Origin: Candidatus Krumholzibacteriota bacterium
GTDB taxonomy: Bacteria > Krumholzibacteriota > Krumholzibacteriia > LZORAL124-64-63
Reading direction: 5' to 3'
DNA: 16,701 nucleotides
Assembly (NCBI GenBank): GCA_039714075.1
Contig: JBDLKA010000082.1
Location: forward strand, 1 to 16,701
The notes beneath the pieces are model-generated. The model was not told where the DNA came from and did not search any database. It saw only the letters and a program-made list of their open reading frames with translations. Each line of letters begins with the position of its first letter. Position 1 is the stretch's first letter. The translations under genes were made by a program, and so were the position numbers. Of this stretch, positions 1-7,051 are shown piece after piece.

Positions 1-3000
1 AGGTGGTTGGCCGTCTCCATGGTCAGCTTGTTGTGCGTGATGACCAGGAACTGGGTATTGCGGCTGAACTCCCGCAGCATGTTGACGAAGCGCCCGATGT
101 TCACGTCGTCCAGGGGGGCGTCGGCTTCGTCCAGCAGGCAGAAGGGCGACGGCTTGACCAGGTAGACCGCGAACAGGAGCGACAGGGCCGTCAGGCAGCG
201 CTCCCCGCCCGAAAGCAGAGACACGGTGTCGATGACCTTGCCCGTGGGCTGGGCCTTGACGTGGATGTTGCTCTCCAGCGGGTCGTCGGTCTTGATCAGC
301 TGCAGATCCGCCCGGCCACCCTTGAACAGGGTCTGGAAGACGGCGATGTAGTTCCGCCGGACCTCCTCGAAGGTTTCGGTGAACCTCTTCTTCGCGGTGC
401 GGTTGATCTCGTTGATGGCCTTGACCAGGTCGTCGCGGGCCTTCTCCACATCGTCCCGCTGCTTCTCCAGGAAATCCAGGCGCTCCTTCTTGGTCTCGTA
501 TTCCTCCAGGGCCAGGTGGTTGATCGGCCCCAGGGATCCTATTTTCGTGCGCTTGACCTCCAGCAGTCCCTCGGCCTGCTCGATCTGGAAGACGTCGCCG
601 TCCTTCTCGAGTTCGCGGGGCAGATCCTCTTCGTTCAGCGAAGCCACCAGATCCTGGAAGCTGCCCTGGTACTGCTCCTCCACTCTTTCCTCGAGGTTGT
701 TGCGCTTGATGTCGAGGGTGGCCAGCAGGGTCTCCATTTCGTGGGCCTGCTCCCGGAATCCGCCCCGCTGCTTCTCGATGAACTGGACACGTTCGTGCCA
801 GACCGAAGTTTCCTCGTGCAGGGTCTGGATGCCTTCGGCGGCGGCCCGCACCACCTGGCGGCGCCGTGACCGTTCCTCCATGGCCTTGCCCAGGGTTGTC
901 TTTTTGGTTTCGAGTTCCTCGCCCAGGGCCTCCATGGAGCCCCGTCCGACTTCGATCTCCTGCGCCAGCCGTTCCCGGCGGGCGAACTGTTCGGCGACGT
1001 TTTCCCGCAGGTGCACCAGGGCCGTTTCGGTTTCCCGCTGCTGGCTTTCCCGCCGCTGATGGGTCAGGCGAAGCTCTTCCACTTCGGCCCGGGCTTCATC
1101 GCGCGTCATTTCCGCGGTCTCCACCCGGCTGCGCAGATCATCGCGATGGGTGGTGCTGTCTTCACGCTGCTTGCCGCTCTCGGCCAGCAGGCCGGTCATG
1201 TTCTGTTCTTCCTCGGCAAAGCCGGCCAGCTCTTCGGCCAACCGGGTCCGCTCGTTTTCCATCTCCCCGGCACGCTGGCCCGCGGTTTCGCGGCGATGCT
1301 CCACCTGGGCGATCTCCACCTGCAACTGTCCCGTCTCGTCATCCAGCTTGGACAGGTCGCCGCGCCCGCTGATCAGTTCTTCACGGATATTTTCGCGCTG
1401 GGCACGGTTGGCCGTCACCTTCTCCTGGGCCGCGGCGACCTCGCCTTCCAACCGTTCTATCTCCGCGGAAATCTCCGCCAGCTTTTCCTTGCGTCCGATC
1501 AGGCCGCTGTCCGCCGACTCCCCCCGTCCTCCGCGGACGACGCCGTCACTGCTGACCAGCATGCCGTCGCGGCTGACGCAATAGACCACTCCCGGACCCC
1601 GGTAGCCCGACGCGGCGGCGGCCGCGTCCTTGTCCGTATCGTAGATGACCGTCCTGTTCAGGAGGTGTTTCAGGGCCGGAACATCGGTTCCCGGTCCGGT
1701 GATGACCTCGTGGGCCGGCCGGCCTCCCGGCAGATCGGGCAGGCTGTCCGGATCACCGGCGGCAAAACCGTCGCCGCACAGGAAATTCGCCTGTCCTATT
1801 TCATCCTGGCGCAGTTCGCGCACCAGATCGACCGCCGTGGCGGGACCATCGACCACCACCGCGTCCAGGGTTTCGGCCAGCAGGATTTCCAGGGCGGCGG
1901 TATCTTCCGCAGGAACCTGCAGCAGGTCGGCAAGCCCGCCGGTGACCCGGTCTTCGTTGCCATGACGCTTGAGGATTTCCCTGGGCCCCTGACCGTAGCC
2001 CTCGTATTCGTTGTGCAGTTTTTCCAGCAGGTCGCAGGTCGACCGGGCGGCTTCCCGCCGGGCACCCAGGGCGGCCACCTTTTCCTGGAGATCGCCGGCG
2101 TCGACTTCCAGGCGGGTTTCCTCGCGTTCCTTGGCCGCGAGTTCCTCCAACAGCCCGGACCTGCGCTCGGAGGCCTCCTGGCGGGCGGCGGCCAGGGCGG
2201 ACAGCTTCTGCTCGGCCTCGGCGCCTTCGGTCAGGATTCTTTCCCGATCCGCGGCCAGCACACCCATGCGCTCGGTGCGGTTTTCCTGTTTGACCTGGAG
2301 TTCCCGCAAGTGGCTGCGCCGCGTGGCATCGCTTTCGATGTATTCCAGGTTCCGCCGCGTGGCGTCGTCCAGGGCCTCGCGGTCGCCGGCCAGGTTCCCC
2401 TCCATGATCTGCAACGCTTCCGACTTTTCGGCCAAAAGCATGCCCGAGGTTTCCAGTTCCTCGCCGATGGTCGCCAGGTGCTCGGTCAGGCGGCTGATCT
2501 GCCCCTCGATCTCCTTCTGCCGGACCTCGGCCTCCTGGATGTTGAGGGAGTTCTCGTCGATGCGCCGCTGATGCTCCTCTATGCGGTGTTCCATCACCAG
2601 CACCTGGCGTTCGGTTTCCTGCAGCTCTTCCTCGAAGGCCTGGAGCGCCTCCTCCAACTGCCGGCGCTCCGCTTCCCGTTCGTCGATGGTCGGACGGGCC
2701 GCTTCGATCTTCGCCTGCAGTTCCGCCAGCTCGCCCACGCCGGCTTCGGCCTGCGTGCGGAAATTCTCCAGGTTTTCGCGGGCCTCGGCCTCTTCGCGGT
2801 CCATGCCGCCGTGGCGCCGGGCTGCGATCAGCAGATCGAGGCTGCGGATCTCCTTGAACAACTTCTGGTGGCGCCTGGCCTTGCCCACCTGCCGCTGCAG
2901 CGAACGGACTTCGCGCCCGATCTCCTCGATGATGTCGTACAGACGCAACAGGTCGTTGTGGGTGCGGTCGAGCTTGCGCTGGGTCTCCTTGCGCCGGGCC

Positions 3001-3512
3001 TTGTACTTGGTGATGCCCGACCCTTCCTCCAGCAGACGGCGCAGTTCGGTGTTGTTCTCGTTGAGGATCAGCTTGATCATCGACTCCTCGATGATCGAGT
3101 AGGAGGTGTTGTTCACCCCGCTGTCGAAGAACAGGTCGCGCAGATCCTTGAGCCGGCACAGCGACCCGTTCAGGAAATAGTCGCTGCCGCCGTCACGGGT
3201 GGCCTTGCGTTTGATGGCGACCTCATTGAAATCGATGGGCAGCCCGCGGTCCTCGTTTTCGAAGATCAGGGTCACCTCGGCCATGCCCACGGGCCGCCGC
3301 TTGGTGGTTCCCTTGAAAATGACATCGTCCATCTTGCCGCCGCGCAGCTGCTTGGCCGACTGTTCCCCCAGGACCCAGCGCACGGCGTCGACCACGTTGG
3401 ATTTGCCGCAGCCGTTGGGACCCAGGATGGCTGTGATTCCCTCGTCGAAATCCAACCTGGTGCGATCGACGAAGGATTTGAATCCCTGCATTTCAATCGA
3501 TTTGAGTTTCAC
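1..3512 (-). CDS. smc: Chromosome segregation protein SMC (3' end truncated by the window edge; about 1170 codons visible)
   Basis: Translated by hand at both ends, the hinge and spot checks; not in the ORF track, presumably because no stop lies in the window. GTG at 3512 follows GGAAAGGT. The N-terminus reads MKLKSIEMQGFKSFVDRTRLDFDEGITAILGPNGCGKSNVVDAVRWVLGEQSAKQLRG (Walker A). The hinge motif GX6GX3GG (DGMLVSSDGVVRGG) lies near 1530-1570. LSGGE, PSPFCLLDEADAPLD (Walker B/D-loop) and QFLVITH fall in the same frame near 30-220, with coiled-coil-like arms between. Confidence 0.97.
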   Translation of the reverse strand, partial: MKLKSIEMQGFKSFVDRTRLDFDEGITAILGPNGCGKSNVVDAVRWVLGEQSAKQLRGGKMDDVIFKGTTKRRPVGMAEVTLIFENEDRGLPIDFNEVAIKRKATRDGGSDYFLNGSLCRLKDLRDLFFDSGVNNTSYSIIEESMIKLILNENNTELRRLLEEGSGITKYKARRKETQRKLDRTHNDLLRLYDIIEEIGREVRSLQRQVGKARRHQKLFKEIRSLDLLIAARRHGGMDREEAEARENLENFRTQAEAGVGELAELQAKIEAARPTIDEREAERRQLEEALQAFEEELQETERQVLVMEHRIEEHQRRIDENSLNIQEAEVRQKEIEGQISRLTEHLATIGEELETSGMLLAEKSEALQIMEGNLAGDREALDDATRRNLEYIESDATRRSHLRELQVKQENRTERMGVLAADRERILTEGAEAEQKLSALAAARQEASERRSGLLEELAAKEREETRLEVDAGDLQEKVAALGARREAARSTCDLLEKLHNEYEGYGQGPREILKRHGNEDRVTGGLADLLQVPAEDTAALEILLAETLDAVVVDGPATAVDLVRELRQDEIGQANFLCGDGFAAGDPDSLPDLPGGRPAHEVITGPGTDVPALKHLLNRTVIYDTDKDAAAAASGYRGPGVVYCVSRDGMLVSSDGVVRGGRGESADSGLIGRKEKLAEISAEIERLEGEVAAAQEKVTANRAQRENIREELISGRGDLSKLDDETGQLQVEIAQVEHRRETAGQRAGEMENERTRLAEELAGFAEEEQNMTGLLAESGKQREDSTTHRDDLRSRVETAEMTRDEARAEVEELRLTHQRRESQQRETETALVHLRENVAEQFARRERLAQEIEVGRGSMEALGEELETKKTTLGKAMEERSRRRQVVRAAAEGIQTLHEETSVWHERVQFIEKQRGGFREQAHEMETLLATLDIKRNNLEERVEEQYQGSFQDLVASLNEEDLPRELEKDGDVFQIEQAEGLLEVKRTKIGSLGPINHLALEEYETKKERLDFLEKQRDDVEKARDDLVKAINEINRTAKKRFTETFEEVRRNYIAVFQTLFKGGRADLQLIKTDDPLESNIHVKAQPTGKVIDTVSLLSGGERCLTALSLLFAVYLVKPSPFCLLDEADAPLDDVNIGRFVNMLREFSRNTQFLVITHNKLTMETANH

Positions 3513-3597
3513 GAAATACCTTTCCGCTGCAATTCGGTGCATGCAAAGTCAGCTGTATCTGTACCGGTCGACAGGTTGTGCCCAGGCGGCAGCCCGT

Positions 3598-5340
3598 CTA
3601 TTCCGGCGCGGAATTCTTGAAAATTTCGGGCTTCGCCCAGTCCACCCTCAGTTTCTCGAGCAGGGCCGGCATGGCCTTTTTGGCGGCGGCCCGGGATTCG
3701 AAGCTGCCCAGGTAGATCCGGCGCCAACGCCCCTTATCTCCCAGGTCGAACACCTTGACGGCACTCTGGAAACCGCGGCGGTCGAGTTCCTTGACCTGCT
3801 TGACCGTTCCGGCGCTGTCGGGGAGCGAATACAGGTGCAGGGCCCAACCCTTCGCCCCTACCGGTTCGCGGTAGGGTTCCATATCGAAAACGGCGGGCGG
3901 TGTGGCCGGTACCTCCGCCGGCGTTTCATCCACCTTTTCCACGTCCGCCGCCACCTGTTCGGGCGGGGCCTCGGTGGAGATCCCGGTATCAGCCTGTTCC
4001 GTGGCGGCCTGGGCAACATCCTGTGGTTCGTCGGCCGCCGGCGCGGCCAGGGTATCCGCGGCAGCAGCCGCCGTCACGTCCAGGGAATCGACCGCGGCCG
4101 TGGTGGGAGCCATCTCCCCCGGACCGGTCTCATCCGGGACCTGTTCATTGCTTCCGGTTCCAGGCGCGCGGGTATCGGTGGCGATTTCAATCTGCTCGAA
4201 ATGACCTTCCGTGGGCACGCGCACAAACTTGAGGTAGTAGACGGAAACGGCGACGATGATGGCCACCGCGACCAGGGCACCGACCCAGAAAACCCGTGAT
4301 GTCTCCCGCTTCGGGGCGGGATGGGCCAGGGGTTCTTCAACATCCTGCACGTCCAAACCCGGGGATTTTTCCTCCGGTTCCGGGTCGCCGAATTCACCAC
4401 TGGCCGCGACCGTTTCCGGATCCGCCTCCTGTTCCAGGGGCAGATCCTTCCAACCGGAGTCCCCGGGCTCTTCCAACCCGTCGTCGACTTCCCCGGGGAG
4501 ATCGGCAGGGACATCGCCAAGCGGGCCGTCGGGCACCTCTTCGGCTGCTGCGGGAATGGGCTCGGCGGTTTGGGCGGGCTCGGCGGTTTCGGCAGGTTCG
4601 GGCCGGTCTTCCGACTCGGCAATTACCTCGTCGACCAGGTTCTCGGTGACGGCTCCGGTTTCCTGGAAGGTGACGACCCCGGTCAGGGGACAGCCGGCCT
4701 CTTCAAATTTGGCAGCCACCTCCGACGCGGCGGCGGCGGGTGACGTCTGGCGATCCCAGCAGAGAATCCGGATGGCGGCCGCCGGCGCCCAGAGCAGGCC
4801 CGCCGAATCCGACGAAGCCACCAGGAGCAGGTCATCAGCCTGGCGGCGCAGGCGGGTCAGCAGGGTATCGACTTCCTCGCCCGTCACATCCGTCGGCGCG
4901 AAGGAACCGACGCCGAGCAGGTAACCGCGACGGCCGACGAAGGGCATGGGCAGGCCCGAGGTCAAAACCGAAGTGCCGTACCTGGCCAGGTCGATCCATC
5001 CTTCGGCTTCCAACCGACCGGTCCAGCGGGTCAGGGCCTGATCCCGGTCATCGCAATCGAGCACCAGGGCGGCCTGGTCCCGGAAGGCGAGTTCGCGCGC
5101 GAAGCTCATGGCCACCGCGGCGCTCAACTCCCCCCGGCCGGGCTCGTGAAGAAACAGCCAGATGCGTGGCGACGGCCGGCCGTGCATGGCCGTGTCCAGA
5201 CCCCGCGTCATCTCGCCCTTGACCGCGATCTGTTCGATCCGCGCCCAGAACCCCTGGCCGGGTACCAGGTCGATCTGCCCGCCTCCCAAGCCCGCAGGGA
5301 TATCTGGCAAAGAGCCGGGAAACCCGATTTGATTCTCCAT
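3598..5340 (-). CDS. SPOR-domain bitopic membrane protein with an N-terminal degenerate BY-kinase/ParA-MinD-like domain
   Basis: About 580 aa. The ATG at 5340 after GGAG..GAAGG is preferred over the track's TTG at 5349. The C-terminal WALHLYSLPDSAGTVKQVKELDRRGFQSAV...WRRIYLGSFESRAAAKKAMPAL follows the SPOR pattern. One TM helix (VFWVGALVAVAIIVAVSVYYL, about 4230-4295) is flanked by acidic Pro/Ala/Glu linkers. The N-terminal domain (about 4666-5166) follows the CpsD/CapB pattern. Confidence 0.85.
   Translation of the reverse strand: MENQIGFPGSLPDIPAGLGGGQIDLVPGQGFWARIEQIAVKGEMTRGLDTAMHGRPSPRIWLFLHEPGRGELSAAVAMSFARELAFRDQAALVLDCDDRDQALTRWTGRLEAEGWIDLARYGTSVLTSGLPMPFVGRRGYLLGVGSFAPTDVTGEEVDTLLTRLRRQADDLLLVASSDSAGLLWAPAAAIRILCWDRQTSPAAAASEVAAKFEEAGCPLTGVVTFQETGAVTENLVDEVIAESEDRPEPAETAEPAQTAEPIPAAAEEVPDGPLGDVPADLPGEVDDGLEEPGDSGWKDLPLEQEADPETVAASGEFGDPEPEEKSPGLDVQDVEEPLAHPAPKRETSRVFWVGALVAVAIIVAVSVYYLKFVRVPTEGHFEQIEIATDTRAPGTGSNEQVPDETGPGEMAPTTAAVDSLDVTAAAAADTLAAPAADEPQDVAQAATEQADTGISTEAPPEQVAADVEKVDETPAEVPATPPAVFDMEPYREPVGAKGWALHLYSLPDSAGTVKQVKELDRRGFQSAVKVFDLGDKGRWRRIYLGSFESRAAAKKAMPALLEKLRVDWAKPEIFKNSAPE
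4559..4601. repeat. In-frame 18-bp tandem repeat (about 2.4 copies) in the linker of the SPOR protein
   Basis: ggctcggcggtttgggcg / ggctcggcggtttcggca / ggttcgg, encoding PEPAETAEPAQTAEP on the minus strand. Confidence 0.7.
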
Positions 5341-5345
5341 GACCT

Positions 5346-6773
5346 TCAATCTCCCGCGGCAAGAGGTAAGGCGTTCCAGGCGGCGCGAAAAGCCGCCACG
5401 ACCAGAGGAATTTCCTCTTCAGTGATTGTCCTGACATCGACGGCCAGGCCGTCCTGGTTCATCCGGCCCACCAGCGCGGGATCACCTGTTCGCAGGCGCT
5501 GGTGGCAGATCTCCAGTTGCTGCTTGTCGGCCTGCCATTGCACGAGACGCGACTCGATGCTGGCCGTGGAGAATGATCCGCCCCCCACGCTCGAACGGCC
5601 GGGCACGACCTCTCCACTCCACCCCGCCGGCGCCGACCCCGCCAATTCCCCCAGCAGGCCCTCGGCCTTTTGCTGCAGGTATTCCAGGGAGGCCGCCAAC
5701 TGGTCCAGGGTCGGAACCGGAGGCCTGTCCGCGGCCACCAGGTATTCCGTCAGGACCGCGTCCAGGGCGGCCAGGGTGGTCTTGTCCACCCTGAAGGCCC
5801 GGCGCATGGGGTGTTGCCTCAATCCCGATACCAACGCGCCGCTGCCGAAAAGAATGCCGGCCTGGCAACCACCGAGCAACTTGTCGCCGCTGCAGGTCAC
5901 CAGGTCGGGTCCGGCGGCCAGATCCTCGGTCAGCAGGGTTTCCCCCGCCGGCAGCCCCAGTTCCTCGTAGGGATGGAAGGCCCCGCTGCCCGCGTCGTAG
6001 ACCAGGGGGCAACCCGCGTCGCGGCACAGGGCGGACAACTCGGGCAGGGTCACGTCCTCGGTAAACCCCTCCACGACAAAATTACTGCGGTGGACTTTCA
6101 AGACCGTGGTGCCCGGCTGCAGGGCCTTGCGATAATCTTCCAGGCTTGTCCGGTTGGTGGTCCCCACCTCCACCAGGGTGCAACCCGTCTCGGCCAGGAT
6201 CTCGTGCATGCGGAACGATCCGCCGATGGCCACGACCTCGCCGCGGGAAAGAACCACCCGCCCCCCCCGGCTGAGGTGACGCACCGCCAACCAGACGGCC
6301 GCGGCGTTGTTGTTGACCACCAGGGCGTCCTCGGCGCCCGCCAGCAGGGCGGCTTTTTCCTCTACCGCACGGCCCCGGTGGCCCCGGGTGCCCGAGGCCA
6401 GGTCGAATTCCAGGTCCGAATTGCCGAGCGCCACGTCCCGGGCCGCATCCGCTGCGGCGACGGGGAAATTGGACCGCCCCAGGTTGGTGTGCACAACCAC
6501 GCCGGTGCCGTTCAGCACGCGGGTCCAGGACTTTTTCGTCAGCGACCCGTGCCTGGCCAGAATACGTTCCACCGCGGCCTCGAACAGCTCGGGCCGTTTC
6601 CGCACCGGGCCCGAGGCCTGTTTCAACTCCAGCCGAAAACCGTCGACCACATCCTGGATGATCCGGGTCATCCAGCCCCGGCGGCGCCCCGCCAGAAGGG
6701 GAGCCAGGCGCTCATCCTCGAAAAGGGCGCTCACTTGTGGTAGTTCCCTGAGACGGGACTGGAGATCGGACAT
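5346..6773 (-). CDS. selA: L-seryl-tRNA(Sec) selenium transferase (selenocysteine synthase)
   Basis: 475 aa with SelA motifs VLNGTGVVVHTNLGRS, VVNNNAAAV, SRGEVVAIGGSFR, EVGTTNRT, LKVHRSNF, the PLP-lysine motif SGDKLLGG and HPMRRAFRVDK. The N-terminal LRELPQV segment is present. Confidence 0.96.
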   Translation of the reverse strand: MSDLQSRLRELPQVSALFEDERLAPLLAGRRRGWMTRIIQDVVDGFRLELKQASGPVRKRPELFEAAVERILARHGSLTKKSWTRVLNGTGVVVHTNLGRSNFPVAAADAARDVALGNSDLEFDLASGTRGHRGRAVEEKAALLAGAEDALVVNNNAAAVWLAVRHLSRGGRVVLSRGEVVAIGGSFRMHEILAETGCTLVEVGTTNRTSLEDYRKALQPGTTVLKVHRSNFVVEGFTEDVTLPELSALCRDAGCPLVYDAGSGAFHPYEELGLPAGETLLTEDLAAGPDLVTCSGDKLLGGCQAGILFGSGALVSGLRQHPMRRAFRVDKTTLAALDAVLTEYLVAADRPPVPTLDQLAASLEYLQQKAEGLLGELAGSAPAGWSGEVVPGRSSVGGGSFSTASIESRLVQWQADKQQLEICHQRLRTGDPALVGRMNQDGLAVDVRTITEEEIPLVVAAFRAAWNALPLAAGD

Positions 6774-6822
6774 TTTTCTATGGTTCCTCGACGGCCGGAC
6801 AGGGCTAGATCAAGAACAGGAT

Positions 6823-6869
6823 GGACCGCAGCCGTGCGGCCCGGAAATCCGGTCCAGGACTGGATTTCC
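6823..6869 (-). promoter_or_regulatory. Two abutting stem-loops in the predicted selA 5' leader
   Basis: Minus-strand RNA reads GGAAAUCCAGUC-CUG-GACCGGAUUUCC (12-bp stem, one A.C mismatch; 6869-6843), immediately followed by GGGCCGCA-CGGC-UGCGGUCC (8-bp stem; 6842-6823). Confidence 0.5.
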
Positions 6870-6880
6870 ATGCGGCTGAT

Positions 6881-6909
6881 AAAGTATCAGAAGGAGCCCT
6901 CCCTGTCCA
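6881..6909 (-). promoter_or_regulatory. Putative sigma70-type promoter for selA-SPOR-smc
   Basis: Minus strand TGGACA (6909-6904), a 17-bp spacer, then TACTTT (6886-6881), with an extended -10 TGn directly upstream. Confidence 0.55.
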
Positions 6910-6954
6910 GATGAACACAGGACTTCGGCCCCTGGCCGGCCTGCCGTTCCGGGG

Positions 6955-6983
6955 TTTGCAGGGAACGGGTCATGGGGTAACAT
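6955..6983 (+). promoter_or_regulatory. Putative sigma70-type promoter for amidase-tonB
   Basis: (T)TTGCAG at 6955-6961, a 16-17-bp spacer, then TAACAT at 6978-6983, about 70 bp upstream of the proposed TTG start. Confidence 0.5.
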
Positions 6984-6992
6984 CAGGCCAGG

Positions 6993-7020
6993 AAAAAACC
7001 CGGGCTCCGACAAACCGGGC
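6993..7020 (-). terminator. Intrinsic-terminator-like hairpin on the minus strand
   Basis: Minus strand GCCCGG-TTTGTCGGAGC-CCGGG-TTTTTT: a short GC stem followed by six U. No minus-strand gene ends here. Confidence 0.35.
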
Positions 7021-7051
7021 CGCAACGCCACCTCAGAGGGAAAGGGAAAGC

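Noticed and set aside
1520..1525. Possible frameshift at the C6 run in smc (and the C8 run near 6261-6268 in selA)
   Set aside because: The reading frames are intact across both runs, which are ordinary Gly/Arg codons in GC-rich DNA.
3505..3520. parS-like sequence gtttcacg at the smc start
   Set aside because: Only a half-site of TGTTTCACGTGAAACA, and it is explained by the GTG AAA C start codons.
1011..3620. 869-aa plus-strand ORF (and 3..869, 288 aa)
   Set aside because: Both are codon-aligned antisense shadows of smc, typical of high-GC genes, and carry no recognisable motifs.
6821..7051. 77-codon N-terminal extension of the amidase in the ORF track
   Set aside because: It spans both predicted promoters and would bury the lipoprotein signal peptide. 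TTG 7052 has a purine-rich RBS.
6774..7051. tRNA-Sec (selC) next to selA
   Set aside because: Hairpins are present, but there is no UCA anticodon arm, T-loop or cloverleaf on either strand.
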